Of a DNA stretch of 64,000 nucleotides, positions 30,501-41,949 are shown in pieces. Under the pieces are notes generated by a model, which saw only the letters and a program-made list of their open reading frames with translations, made no database searches and was not told where the DNA came from. The position numbers were made by a program, and so were the translations under genes. The stretch is taken from assembly GCF_020852615.1 (NCBI RefSeq), contig NZ_JADZAJ010000023.1, forward strand, positions 92,967 to 156,966, in the 5' to 3' direction. This stretch comes from Nitrosomonas sp. (lineage in GTDB: Bacteria; Pseudomonadota; Gammaproteobacteria; Burkholderiales; Nitrosomonadaceae). Every line of letters starts with the position of its first letter. Position 1 is the first letter of the stretch.

Positions 30501-31646
30501 ATGACTAAACCTCGTTCCTCTCTCATTTCTCTTTCTGATACACCGTGGTATCACGTTGTCTGTCGTTGTGTGCGACGGGCATTTTTGTGTGGTGAGGATG
30601 CGCATACCGGGCAGAATTTTGATCATCGCCGTGGCTGGATTGTGGAGCGGGTAAAGCAGCTTGCCGGGGTATTTGCCATTGATGTGGCGGCGTATGCGGT
30701 GATGAGCAATCATTATCATCTGGTGTTGCGGGTGGATGCTGTGCGGGCGCAGCGCTGGAGCCGGGATGAGGTGTTGCGGCGCTGGACGCAGCTGTTTTCC
30801 GGTCCGTTGCTGGTGCAGCGTTTGCTGGCTGGGGAAAGTGGTGACCTGGATCAGGGGGAGCTGGCGGCAATTGATGAATGGACGGAGGTCTGGCGTGCGA
30901 GATTGTGTGATTTGTCGTGGTTCATGCGGGTGTTGAATGAATCAGTGGCTCGTCAGGCAAATGTGGAAGATAAAGTGACCGGCCGTTTCTGGGAGGGGCG
31001 CTTCAGGAGTCAGGCGCTGCTGGATGAGCAGGCGGTGCTGACGGCAATGGCTTATGTTGATCTGAACCCGATTCGTGCGGCGATGGCGGAGACGCCGGAG
31101 GATTCGGAATATACTTCGGTGGCCGAGCGTTTGGCGCAATTGCAGTCGTCGTTCCCGATCGGAAAAAAGCATCGGTTACGAAAGTATGCCGGGGGGGCGC
31201 GTGTGGAACGGAAGGATCCTTCTTTGTTTTCGTCGGCCGAATTGAATAATATTTCTGCTGATACAGGTGAGGAAACGCGGTCGGAAAGCCATCTGGCGCA
31301 GTTGGCGCAACTGCCGTTGCAGCCTTTGCTTCCGTTTGATGCGGCTGGTGAGCTGTGTGCCGCCATTCCATTTGCTTTTGAGGATTATCTCGATCTGGTT
31401 GAAGCTGCCGGTCGTTGTCTGCATCCGGATAAACGCGGCAAAATTGGTGAGCAGATACCGGCGCTGTTGCAGCGTTTGAAGATTGACCCGGAACGGTTCA
31501 TCGACTGTGCGGCAGATCTGATGAAACATTTTGGCAGTGCGGTTGGTGCTCCGGTGCATCTTACCGAGCTGTGCGCTGCCCGGCAGGTGAAATATCTGCG
31601 TGGCATGCGTGCTGCCCGAGGGGTTTTTGCGCGGAAGGCGGCATGA
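30501..31646 (+). mobile_element. REP-associated tyrosine transposase (RAYT; Y1 HUH, IS200-like)
   Basis: YHVVCRCVRRAF, HUH motif MSNHYHLV, FWEGRFRSQ, YVDLNP with catalytic Tyr; frame intact. Confidence 0.85.
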
Positions 31647-31678
31647 TTGTCGTGTTGTGAAGGTTTTAATGCCAATGG

Positions 31679-31727
31679 GAACGGTTGATGGTTTTCGGGA
31701 GTGGTTTTCAGGAAACCTTAACCGTTC
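31679..31727. repeat. Imperfect palindrome downstream of RAYT (candidate right end)
   Basis: GAACGGTT...AACCGTTC with inner GGTTTTC/GGAAACC. Confidence 0.5.
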
Positions 31728-31781
31728 TTTTATTGTCTGCTGTGTTATGCTTTGGCAGAAAAATTAAAGGAAAACAATGCA

Positions 31782-32162
31782 ATGGCGCTGGCACAGGAAG
31801 ATATCGCTGTTATTCAGGATCTGATTGCGAAAGCACTATCCGAAAGACCGGAGTTGGGAGTGGCGAACGTACGCTACGAACTTGAACTGAGGGAGCGGAT
31901 TGTTCGTGTGGAAGAAGAGCTGAAACATCAGCGAGCTTTGATGCTGGAAGGCTTCAAGCAGATGGAGAAGCGCTTTGAGCAGATAGAAAAACGTTTTGAG
32001 CAGGTGGATAAACGCTTCGAGCAGATAGAGAAGCGTTTCGAACAGGTGGATAAACGCTTTGAATTGCTGACTGCCCGTATTGACCGTTTCATGATCTGGT
32101 CGTTTGCCACCACACTGACGGTAGGCGGTCTGGTTGTCGCTGCTATCCGGTTTTTACCTTGA
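31782..32162 (+). CDS. Small coiled-coil protein with heptad tandem repeats and C-terminal TM
   Basis: FKQMEKR-FEQIEKR-FEQVDKR-FEQIEKR-FEQVDKR; hydrophobic tail; start ATG 31782. Confidence 0.8.
   Translation: MALAQEDIAVIQDLIAKALSERPELGVANVRYELELRERIVRVEEELKHQRALMLEGFKQMEKRFEQIEKRFEQVDKRFEQIEKRFEQVDKRFELLTARIDRFMIWSFATTLTVGGLVVAAIRFLP
31953..32063 (+). repeat. 21-bp in-frame tandem repeat, about 5.3 units
   Basis: TTYGARCAGRTRGAKAARCGY units. Confidence 0.9.
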
Positions 32163-32208
32163 GACAGGTGGTGGCAGGCGATGGTTGGTGATACAGCTGG
32201 AAAATTTT

Positions 32209-32679
32209 TTACAGCCAGCGCCGCACCCTGTTTTTGTAGTTTCGGTAAATATCCCCAAATCTGGCTTCCAGGTGTGCTTCTTCATGACGAATGACGCCAT
32301 AACGCAGCATTACCCAGATCAGTGGTGCAAAGCACAGCGGCCACCAGGTTGACAGCAGCATCGATGAGCCAATGAATATCAGCCAGTCTCCGAGATATAT
32401 CGGGTTGCGACTGTAGCGGAATGGCCCGGTGGTACATAAACTGGAAGCCGCTTTGTAGGGATTGACAGTGGTGTTATGTTGCCGGAGGGTGAGGGCTGTC
32501 CATGTCAGAAGTGCCAGTCCGGTTACGATACCCAGCCAGCCGAGCGGCCGGGTAACTTCACCCCAGTTCCAGGTGAGCGGTTGAGTATTGCGGTCCATCC
32601 ACCATCCAATCGCGATGGCTGCTGCATAAGGTGCGGGTGGAAGAATCAATGTACGCGGGCGGTGAGTGTTGTGATTCAT
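32209..32679 (-). CDS. Isoprenylcysteine carboxylmethyltransferase/PEMT family membrane protein
   Basis: TTVNP, TTGPFRYSRNPIYLG, EEAHLEARFG..Y..Y...VRRWL; start ATG 32679. Confidence 0.9.
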   Translation of the reverse strand: MNHNTHRPRTLILPPAPYAAAIAIGWWMDRNTQPLTWNWGEVTRPLGWLGIVTGLALLTWTALTLRQHNTTVNPYKAASSLCTTGPFRYSRNPIYLGDWLIFIGSSMLLSTWWPLCFAPLIWVMLRYGVIRHEEAHLEARFGDIYRNYKNRVRRWL

Positions 32680-33132
32680 GATAATTAAGCCTGTAGTCAG
32701 TATTGGCACCTGCAGTTTGTGAGTGTCAGGGTGGTGGCGAGAGCATACCGTACAGAGGTAAAAGTGCAAACCGGATAGCTGTGATTTTATGTCACCATGA
32801 TTTTTATGCTGAATTACGGGCTGATAACGTTCAGATCAGATAACCGGTTTGCGTATTTGCATTTGCGCTGTAGCCTGCTGTGGTCATTAGACAGAGGAAA
32901 AAACGGAAATTCACTCGTTTTTAGATGCAAAGGCAATGGATTACTTGATAGAATGTAGCCGGTTTGTATTAACCGGGGTCGGCGGGGGGTAAGGTGCCGG
33001 CCAGTAATCTGTGCCGATGGTTTGAGCTGGTTTTCAAGACTGAAAGGAGCTGATCGGGGGTAGGGTTACAGGGAGGCCTGAAAGGCTATCAGATAAGGGA
33101 TTTTGTTTTAGGAAACTTGAAGAGGAGTGCAA

Positions 33133-33408
33133 ATGAACAAGGTAATCGTCGCAGCTTTCGTTTCTGCTTTTGTACTGGGTTCCACAGCAACATTTGCCAG
33201 CGGAAACCTGGAATCTTCTTTGGCACCGATTAGTGCTGAAGATATGCTTAATTACATCGCCTGCAAAGATAAGAAAGCAACCGATGTTGTAAAAAGCCAT
33301 TCGAGAACAGAAAATGGAAAGGTTGTCAGAGTGAAATGCGGTGATGCTGTTGCTGTCGCCCAGAAAGCAAGAGAAAAATCGGGAGATGCCTGGAAGGGTG
33401 GTTATTAA
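33133..33408 (+). CDS. Periplasmic hydroxylamine oxidoreductase-associated protein (NE1300 homologue)
   Basis: Signal peptide then SGNLESSLAPISA...ACKDKK..DVVKSH...ENGK..RVKCGD...AREKSGDAWKGGY, matching my recollection of N. europaea NE1300; RBS GAGGAG. Confidence 0.85.
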   Translation: MNKVIVAAFVSAFVLGSTATFASGNLESSLAPISAEDMLNYIACKDKKATDVVKSHSRTENGKVVRVKCGDAVAVAQKAREKSGDAWKGGY

Positions 33409-33425
33409 TTAATCCGCTTTTCTTC

Positions 33426-33454
33426 AAAAAAGGCCTGCTTAGCAGGCCTTTTTT
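33426..33454. terminator. Bidirectional terminator
   Basis: AAAAAAGGCCTGC-TTA-GCAGGCCTTTTTT. Confidence 0.92.
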
Positions 33455-33529
33455 TTCGATATAAATCGGATAAGCGGGTGTAATAAGCAGCGGGTATAAA
33501 CTGAAGTATGAGCTGCGGGGTGCTTGTGA

Positions 33530-34546
33530 TCAGGAATCGGGATGGGGTAAATCTGGCGGTTGCGCAGTGGAAAGGTGCATTCTTCCTGTCGAACGGTGTA
33601 TTTGTGCCTGTTCCAGCGCATCAATCATTAATCCGGCAACATTGATGCCGGTTTGGTCAGAGATTTCCCGCATGCCGGTTGGGCTGGTGACGTTTATTTC
33701 TGTCAGGTGGTTTCCAATAACGTCCAGCCCTACCAGCATTAAACCGCGTGCGTAGAGTATTGATCCGAGTGTTTCAGCAATTTTTCTGTCGTGAACTGAT
33801 AGCGGCTGTGCTTTGCCGGTGCCTCCGGCTGCCAGGTTGCCGCGTGTTTCTCCAGGTTTGGGGATGCGTGCAAGTGCATAATCAACAGGTTTCCCGGCAA
33901 TCAGTAATATACGTTTGTCACCTTCCCTGATTTCCGGCAAAAATCGCTGCACCATGATGGTGCGCGTACCATAGCGTGTCAGCGTTTCGATGATGACGCC
34001 GATGTTGTGGTCGGTGTTTTGCACGCGGAAAATACCTGCTCCGCCCATGCCGTCCAGCGGCTTCAGAATGATATCTTCATGTTCCGTCAGAAATCCGAGA
34101 ATCAGCTGTTCCTGACTGGTAACCAGTGAAGGAGGGATAAACTGGGGAAATTCGGTAATTGCCAGTTTTTCATTGTGATCACGGATACCCCTCGGGCTAT
34201 TTATAATATAAGCACCCTGGTGTTCAGCCAGTTCGAGGAGGTAAGTGCTGTAGATGTATTCAGTGTCAAAAGGAGGGTCCTTGCGCATGAGTACAGCATC
34301 AAATCCGGATAGCGGGATTTCTTCGGTACCACCTTCCTCATACCAGTGATAAGGGTTGTCTGGCCGGTCAACCAGTGTTAATGGTCGTGCAAAGCCAACC
34401 ACCTGGTGATTTTTCCATGCCAGATCGCCTTGCTGCAGGGTGTACAGCTGATGGCGCCGTGACGCGGCCTCATACATCATGGCGTAGCTTGAATCCTTGC
34501 TGATCTTGATGCTGTCAAGCGGATCCAGAATAAAAGCCAGTTTCAT
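33530..34546 (-). CDS. gshB: Glutathione synthetase
   Basis: KDSSYAMM, VLMRKDPPFD, KPLDGMGG, RGNLAAGG, EINVTSPTG. Confidence 0.96.
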   Translation of the reverse strand: MKLAFILDPLDSIKISKDSSYAMMYEAASRRHQLYTLQQGDLAWKNHQVVGFARPLTLVDRPDNPYHWYEEGGTEEIPLSGFDAVLMRKDPPFDTEYIYSTYLLELAEHQGAYIINSPRGIRDHNEKLAITEFPQFIPPSLVTSQEQLILGFLTEHEDIILKPLDGMGGAGIFRVQNTDHNIGVIIETLTRYGTRTIMVQRFLPEIREGDKRILLIAGKPVDYALARIPKPGETRGNLAAGGTGKAQPLSVHDRKIAETLGSILYARGLMLVGLDVIGNHLTEINVTSPTGMREISDQTGINVAGLMIDALEQAQIHRSTGRMHLSTAQPPDLPHPDS

Positions 34547-35847
34547 CCGTGTTCTGCCTGCGCGGGCGAGGGGGCTTGCTGATACCGCTTGAGTTCAATC
34601 GCTGAGGCGAGCAATGCCAGTCTGGCGATGACGCCGTAGGTGTAAAAGCGGTTCGGTGCAGCATCCGGCCGGGCAGCAGGGTCGGTCTGCATACAGGTGG
34701 TATCAAAGGCCAGCGGGACGAAGTGCATGCCCGGGGCATTCAGGTTTTCATCGACTCCCCGACCGGTATGAACCCGATAGAATCCTCCCACCACATGGCG
34801 GTCGATCATGTAAATCACAGGTTCAGCGACAGCCTGGTGAATGCTTTCGAATGTGTGTACCCCTTCCTGTACCAGCACATTCGTGACAACAAGACCTTCC
34901 TTGACGGTTGCCATTTTGTTGCGCTGCTTGCGGTTAAGTTTGTAGAGTTCTGCGCCGTCCCTGATGCTCATGATACCCATGCCATAGGTGCCCGAATCAG
35001 CCTTGCAGATAACAAATGGTTTTTCGCTGATACCATACTGGGCATATTTTTCGCTGATCTGATGCAGTATTTCATCTACACCGGCAGCGACACAATCCAA
35101 TCCTTCCTTTTCATGGAAATTGACTCTTCCGCAAGAAGTGAAATAAGGGTTGATAAGCCAGGGATCAATGCCGATAAGATCAGCAAAATCCTGTGCCACA
35201 CTATCGTACGCACTGAAATGCCAGGATTTTCGGCGTGTGGCCCAGCCTGCATGGAGTGGCGGTATGATGACCTGTTCCAGATTCTGTAAAATTTCAGGTA
35301 TGCCACTGGACAGGTCATTGTTCAGAATAATGGCGCAGGGATCAAAATCTCCGGTAAAAAGCCTGTTCCCTTTGCGTTGTACCGGTTCAAGCAACAGAGT
35401 TTCGCCATTCGGAAGCAGGACAGTCAGGGGTTGTTCGAGATCAGGCAGGAGCGAGCCGATACGGATGTTCATCCCGGCCTGCTGCATGATGGACTGCAGT
35501 GTGGCAATGTTCTGCAGATAAAAAATGTTGCGTGTATGGTTTTCCGGGATCAGGAGAACATTGTGTGCACTTGGGCAGATTTTTTCGACAGCAATCATCA
35601 TTGCCTGGATGCATAGCGGGATGAAGGCCGGGTTCAGGTTATTGAAGCCGCCGGGAAACAGGTTGGTATCAACTGGTGCCAGTTTGAAGCCGCTGTTGCG
35701 TAAATCTACTGAGCAATAAAATGGTACCGTGTGGTTCTGCCACTGTTTGCGAAACCAGTGCTCGATCGTCGGCTTGGCTGCCAGGATACGTTTTTCCAGA
35801 TCCAGAGTGGGTGCATTCAGCGTATGAGTAATGTGGGGTACCGGCAT
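34543..35847 (-). CDS. gshA: Glutamate-cysteine ligase (betaproteobacterial GshA type)
   Basis: YCSVDLRNSGFKLAPVDTNLFPGGFNNL, KADSGTYGMG, NLNAPGMHF. Confidence 0.93.
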   Translation of the reverse strand: MPVPHITHTLNAPTLDLEKRILAAKPTIEHWFRKQWQNHTVPFYCSVDLRNSGFKLAPVDTNLFPGGFNNLNPAFIPLCIQAMMIAVEKICPSAHNVLLIPENHTRNIFYLQNIATLQSIMQQAGMNIRIGSLLPDLEQPLTVLLPNGETLLLEPVQRKGNRLFTGDFDPCAIILNNDLSSGIPEILQNLEQVIIPPLHAGWATRRKSWHFSAYDSVAQDFADLIGIDPWLINPYFTSCGRVNFHEKEGLDCVAAGVDEILHQISEKYAQYGISEKPFVICKADSGTYGMGIMSIRDGAELYKLNRKQRNKMATVKEGLVVTNVLVQEGVHTFESIHQAVAEPVIYMIDRHVVGGFYRVHTGRGVDENLNAPGMHFVPLAFDTTCMQTDPAARPDAAPNRFYTYGVIARLALLASAIELKRYQQAPSPAQAEHG

Positions 35848-36031
35848 GAGATATCTGTAGCTTGAAAATAAACTGCCGGATTATAGCATTGCCCCGGATC
35901 GGCGGATTTTGTCTGCAGAACGGCAGATAATGCGGATTTGGCTTAACACAAAATGCTGTGGTGTGATTGAATTTGTTATACAAAACCTGCGGATATCATT
36001 ATAATGCGCGGTTCTAGGACGGGAGATGGAT

Positions 36032-36343
36032 ATGTACGCAGTAATCAAAACAGGTGGTAAACAGTACCGGGTTGAAGTCGGTAACAAATTGAAGGTGGAA
36101 ACGCTGCCTGCAGAAGCAGGGAGCAATATTCAGCTGGATCAGGTGTTAATGGTTGCGGATGGTGAGACTGTTTCTGCAGGTGCACCATTTCTCAACCAGG
36201 CGAAAGTCAGCGCAACCGTGATCGGCCACGGACGACATGACAAAATACGCATATTCAAAATGCGCCGCCGTAAACATTATCGGAAACAGCAGGGACACCG
36301 GCAAAATTACACCGAAATTCAAATTACCGGTATTTCTGCATAA
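36032..36343 (+). CDS. rplU: 50S ribosomal protein L21
   Basis: [20 protein letters not shown]. Confidence 0.98.
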   Translation: MYAVIKTGGKQYRVEVGNKLKVETLPAEAGSNIQLDQVLMVADGETVSAGAPFLNQAKVSATVIGHGRHDKIRIFKMRRRKHYRKQQGHRQNYTEIQITGISA

Positions 36344-36355
36344 GGAGACAGATTC

Positions 36356-36613
36356 ATGGCACATAAAAAAGCGGGCGGCAGCTCCAGAAACGGGCGTGAT
36401 TCCCATTCCAAACGTTTGGGTGTGAAGCGCTATGGCGGTGAAGTAATTAGAGCCGGCGGGATTATCGTACGTCAGCGTGGTACACAGTTCCACCCTGGCG
36501 ATAATGTCGGGATCGGGCGTGATCACACCCTGTTTGCAAAGGTGGATGGCCAGATTGTTTTTACCATTAAAGGTCAGCTGAACCGGAGGACAGTTGCAGT
36601 TATTCCTTCCTGA
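36356..36613 (+). CDS. rpmA: 50S ribosomal protein L27
   Basis: [16 protein letters not shown]. Confidence 0.98.
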   Translation: MAHKKAGGSSRNGRDSHSKRLGVKRYGGEVIRAGGIIVRQRGTQFHPGDNVGIGRDHTLFAKVDGQIVFTIKGQLNRRTVAVIPS

Positions 36614-36644
36614 TCATCCGATCGGCCGGATTGTGCAGCTGGAG

Positions 36645-36674
36645 AAAAGCCCCATTCAAGAGATGGGGCTTTTT
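36645..36674 (+). terminator. Rho-independent terminator after rpmA
   Basis: AAAAGCCCCAT-TCAAGAG-ATGGGGCTTTT. Confidence 0.88.
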
Positions 36675-36699
36675 ACTTTGATTATGGTTTTTTACCTGA

Positions 36700-37776
<1,077 letters not shown>

Positions 37777-37782
37777 TTTTTT

Positions 37783-38904
37783 ATGACACAATCAATTCTG
37801 CAATCTGCCCGCCGGATTGTGGTCAAGGTTGGCAGCAGCCTGGTGACCAACGAGGGTAATGGTCTTGACCGTCATGCACTGGGAGATTGGGCCAGGCAGA
37901 TTTTCCGGCTTGGGCAGATGGGTAAGGAAATTGTGCTGGTTTCATCTGGTGCTGTCGCTGAAGGTATGCAGCGGCTGGGCTGGAAAACGCGCCCTGCTGC
38001 GCTTTATGAACTGCAGGCAGCGGCAGCAGTGGGACAGATGGATCTTGCCCGGGCTTATGCTGATTGTTTCAGTGAGTATGAGCTGCAGACAGCACAGATT
38101 CTGCTGACTCATGACGATTTATCGAGCCGGAAACGTTACCTGAATGCCCGCTCAACCATTCTCACCTTATTGAATCTGCATATTGTTCCGGTCATTAATG
38201 AAAATGATACGGTGGTTTCTGATGAAATCCGGTTTGGTGATAACGACAATCTGGCAGCGCTGGTTGCCAATTTGATTGAAGCTGAAGTGCTGGTGATTCT
38301 GACCGATCAGGAAGGGCTTTTTACCGGTGATCCGCGCAAGAATGCCGATGCTGTGCTGATCCCGGAGGTCAGCGTCAGTGACCCGGATATCATATCCGTG
38401 GCGGGTGGGGCGGGGAGCGGTATCGGACGTGGCGGTATGCAAAGCAAGGTGATGGCAGCCAGGCGTGCCGCCCGCAGTGGAGCGCATACAGTGATTGCTT
38501 CAGGCAGAGCGAAGGATGTGCTGGTTCGTTTGGCAGGAGGGGAGGCTATCGGAACCACTTTACTGGCGGATATGCCGGTAAAGGTGGCGCGCAAGTTGTG
38601 GCTGGCCGATCATCTTCAGGTGAGAGGCAGCGTGGTGCTGGATGATGGAGCCAGTAAAGCGCTGCTGACTGAGGGTAAAAGTCTGCTGCCAATTGGCGTG
38701 GTGGAAGTAAAGGGAGAATTTGAGCGAGGCGAAGCCATATCCTGTTTTGATACCAGGGGCCATGAGATTGCTCGCGGACTGATTAACTACAGCGCCCGCG
38801 AATCACGAAAGATCATGCGTTTGCCTACCAGCCGGATCGAAGCTGCTCTGGGCTATGTGGACGAATATGAGCTGATTCACAGAGATAATCTGGTTATCCT
38901 GTGA
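37783..38904 (+). CDS. proB: Glutamate 5-kinase
   Basis: [27 protein letters not shown]; PUA domain. Confidence 0.96.
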   Translation: MTQSILQSARRIVVKVGSSLVTNEGNGLDRHALGDWARQIFRLGQMGKEIVLVSSGAVAEGMQRLGWKTRPAALYELQAAAAVGQMDLARAYADCFSEYELQTAQILLTHDDLSSRKRYLNARSTILTLLNLHIVPVINENDTVVSDEIRFGDNDNLAALVANLIEAEVLVILTDQEGLFTGDPRKNADAVLIPEVSVSDPDIISVAGGAGSGIGRGGMQSKVMAARRAARSGAHTVIASGRAKDVLVRLAGGEAIGTTLLADMPVKVARKLWLADHLQVRGSVVLDDGASKALLTEGKSLLPIGVVEVKGEFERGEAISCFDTRGHEIARGLINYSARESRKIMRLPTSRIEAALGYVDEYELIHRDNLVIL

Positions 38905-38950
38905 TGCTATATATGTCAGGTTTATCTGAAAAAATTTGTGCCGGCCTGCA

Positions 38951-39976
38951 ATGACAGCCCCTGCTTTTCTGCATAATTCCGGTATGGCTGAGGTGTATCG
39001 TGCCCCCAAATGGTTGCCGGGCGGGAATGCTCAGACCATTTATCCTTATTTTATTAACCTCAATTCGTTAATCGGCTATCGACGCGAGCGCTGGGAGATG
39101 GATGATGGTGATTTTGTCGATATTGACTGGCTGGAAGGTGCGCCGGATAAGCCACTGGTGATTTTACTGCACGGCCTGGAAGGCAGTTCACAAAGCCATT
39201 ACGCGCTGAGTCTCATGCGTTTTCTGCAAAAATTGCACTGGCGTGGTGCCGTAGTTCATTTTCGTGGCTGTTCCGGCTATCCCAATCGCCTGCCGCGCGC
39301 TTATCACGCGGGTGACTCGGCTGAAGTGGATCGTATGTTGCGTTATATTGTGCATCAGAATGATTTGCAGGAACAGGATAGCGCCTGTTATGTCGTGGGT
39401 GTTTCGCTGGGTGGTAATGCGCTATTGAAATGGCTGGGTGAACAAGGTACACAAGCAGCCACATTGATTGCCGGTGTGGTGGCTGTTTCTGTCCCGCTTG
39501 ATCTGGCTGCAGCTGGTGAAGTACTTGATTCCGGCTTCAATCGGGTTTATACACACCATTTTTTAACTACCCTCAAACACAAGGCACTGAAAAAGAACAA
39601 GCAATTTCCCGGTTTGCTGGATGCCAGAGCAGTTGCAGCCTGCAGATCTCTGTATGAGTTTGATAATCTGGTAACGGCGCCATTGCACGGTTTCCGGGAT
39701 ACAGATGATTACTGGTATCAATCCAGCAGCAAACCCTGGCTTGGATCGGTTCAAGTGCCAACCCTGCTGATCAACGCGCGTAACGATCCTTTCCTGCCTG
39801 AGAGTGTCCTACCGCAAAAATCAGAAGTTTCTTCTCTGGTTTCACTTGAATATCCGCAAGAGGGAGGGCATGTAGGTTTTATGCAGGGTACTTTTCCGGG
39901 AAGCCTGGATTGGTTGCCGCAACGTATTGTGAGTTTTTTTTCATCGTTATGTGATTCGGCTGTTATCCGGGTGTGA
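38951..39976 (+). CDS. YheT-family alpha/beta hydrolase
   Basis: LHGLEGSS, FRGCSG, GVSLGG, NARNDPF, GGHVGF. Confidence 0.9.
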   Translation: MTAPAFLHNSGMAEVYRAPKWLPGGNAQTIYPYFINLNSLIGYRRERWEMDDGDFVDIDWLEGAPDKPLVILLHGLEGSSQSHYALSLMRFLQKLHWRGAVVHFRGCSGYPNRLPRAYHAGDSAEVDRMLRYIVHQNDLQEQDSACYVVGVSLGGNALLKWLGEQGTQAATLIAGVVAVSVPLDLAAAGEVLDSGFNRVYTHHFLTTLKHKALKKNKQFPGLLDARAVAACRSLYEFDNLVTAPLHGFRDTDDYWYQSSSKPWLGSVQVPTLLINARNDPFLPESVLPQKSEVSSLVSLEYPQEGGHVGFMQGTFPGSLDWLPQRIVSFFSSLCDSAVIRV

Positions 39977-40070
39977 AGGGCGAGAGCAGAGAAAGCAGAT
40001 ATCGCCATGGTTAACGTTAACCGGATTTGCTGAAGTAAACAGAGAAAGCCCTACTCTCATTTGTAACCAC

Positions 40071-41381
40071 GTGAACTCTTTCTGGCTAAGTATTGCCCCT
40101 GTTTTATGGTTATCCCTTATTGCCGCTGTAGCGGCAACGCTGCTGGATGCTGCAATCGTTCTGGGTTTATACAGCGCGATCCTGCTGGGAATCATCGTTT
40201 ACCATATCCATACCCTGCATTGTCTGGATCAGTGGCTGCATCATTCTGACCTTTCCTATTCGACGATACCTGACCGATCCGGTTTGTGGGGCGTGGTATT
40301 TGCCAGACTGGCACGCTTCATGCGGCGTTATGACAAGGAACGCCTGGGGTTGAACACTTCGCTGGAGCGGTTGCAGCGCGCGACATCCGCACTGCCGGAA
40401 GGCGTTGTTATTCTGGGTGACAAGGATCAGATTGAGTGGTGCAATACAGCAGCCGAGCAGCACCTGGGGCTTAGCCTCGAAATGGATGCCGGGCAACATA
40501 TAACCCGTATGGTGCGTCAGATACGGTTTGTGAGCTACCTTGAAACAGGGGATTTCAGTAAACCTTTTCTGCTGAAGCAATCACGTCTGCATGATGCACT
40601 GCTCCTGATCCAGATCGTACCTTATGGCGACAGGGAAAAATTACTGATCAGTCGGGATGTGACACGTTTTGAGAAAATCGAGATTATGCGGCGTGATTTT
40701 ATCGCCAATGTTTCTCATGAACTGCGCACTCCTCTGACTGTAATTGGCGGGTTTCTGGAAACGCTGCTGGAAGAAGGCAGAATAACAGGTGAAATGGAGA
40801 GAAAGGCGCTGCGGTTGATGTCAGATCAGGCAACCCGTATGCGCCGGCTGGTGGAAGATCTGCTGACACTTTCCCGACTGGAAAGTGCTGGAAACAGTCT
40901 GGCAGAGGAGAAAGTGGATGTTGCCAGGCTCCTGCAGGAACTTTATCAGGAAGCCCAGTCACTGAGCGCCGGGCGTCATACCATATCACTCAACCTTGCC
41001 AGTCATGCCATGCTGCTTGGAAGTGAAGATGAATTGCGCAGCGCTTTTGAAAATCTCATCAGTAATGCAGTGCGCTATACCCCGGAGAATGGCGTGATTT
41101 CTTTAAATTGGGCAGTGAATAACGGCAGGGGACTGTTTTATGTGCAGGATAGCGGTATTGGCATTGAACCGGGTCATATTCCCCGGCTGACAGAACGGTT
41201 CTACCGGGTGGATCGCAGCCGTTCCCGTGAAACAGGGGGTACCGGTCTTGGCCTTGCCATCGTCAAACATGTCCTTAACCGCCATCAGGCAAGCCTGGAA
41301 ATAACCAGCCAGCCCGGGTCGGGAAGTACTTTCAGAATCTGGCTCCCTGTTAATCGGGTAATACAGGCAGAAGCAGCGTAG
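40071..41381 (+). CDS. phoR: Phosphate regulon sensor kinase PhoR
   Basis: N-terminal TM + PAS; H-box FIANVSHELRTPLT; NLISNAVRY; DSGIGI; RFYRVDRSRSRETGGTGLGL; start set at GTG 40071. Confidence 0.9.
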   Translation: MNSFWLSIAPVLWLSLIAAVAATLLDAAIVLGLYSAILLGIIVYHIHTLHCLDQWLHHSDLSYSTIPDRSGLWGVVFARLARFMRRYDKERLGLNTSLERLQRATSALPEGVVILGDKDQIEWCNTAAEQHLGLSLEMDAGQHITRMVRQIRFVSYLETGDFSKPFLLKQSRLHDALLLIQIVPYGDREKLLISRDVTRFEKIEIMRRDFIANVSHELRTPLTVIGGFLETLLEEGRITGEMERKALRLMSDQATRMRRLVEDLLTLSRLESAGNSLAEEKVDVARLLQELYQEAQSLSAGRHTISLNLASHAMLLGSEDELRSAFENLISNAVRYTPENGVISLNWAVNNGRGLFYVQDSGIGIEPGHIPRLTERFYRVDRSRSRETGGTGLGLAIVKHVLNRHQASLEITSQPGSGSTFRIWLPVNRVIQAEAA

Positions 41382-41694
41382 TTCGATCAGATCATTTTTT
41401 GCTGCTGTCACCGGGTGATCGACTGACAGTTACTTGCGGGCTTGAGTATCTGAACAATTTGTGCCCTGATCCGGAATGCGTACGGTGTTAGACTTCTCGT
41501 TTTGTGCGACTTATACTTTAGCACGCTAAATATTCGGGGTGAGTTTTCATGAATTTTTGATTTTCTCTTGCTGATCTGGTGATGTAGGCCGATTTTCAGA
41601 TCATGATAAAAATGTTGCCCGGAACCAGCCGGCTAACCCGGAAGGGTGTTTGTACCAAATCAAATAACTAAAAATTCACCAGGGAGGATGAACA

Positions 41695-41949
41695 ATGGGC
41701 ATTAAGGGACAATTACTGCAAGATCCTTTTTTGAATGTTTTGCGTAAGGAACGTATTCCGGTTTCTATTTACTTAGTCAATGGGATCAAGTTACAGGGAC
41801 AGATAGATTCTTTTGACCAGTATGTGGTTCTGTTAAAAAATTCTATTACACAGATGGTTTATAAACATGCCATCTCCACCATAGTTCCGGCCAAAGCAAT
41901 TTCAATTCCGGCACCTGCCGAGACCCAGATCGAGCAAGATGAATCATGA
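41695..41949 (+). CDS. hfq: RNA chaperone Hfq
   Basis: [27 protein letters not shown]. Confidence 0.98.
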   Translation: MGIKGQLLQDPFLNVLRKERIPVSIYLVNGIKLQGQIDSFDQYVVLLKNSITQMVYKHAISTIVPAKAISIPAPAETQIEQDES

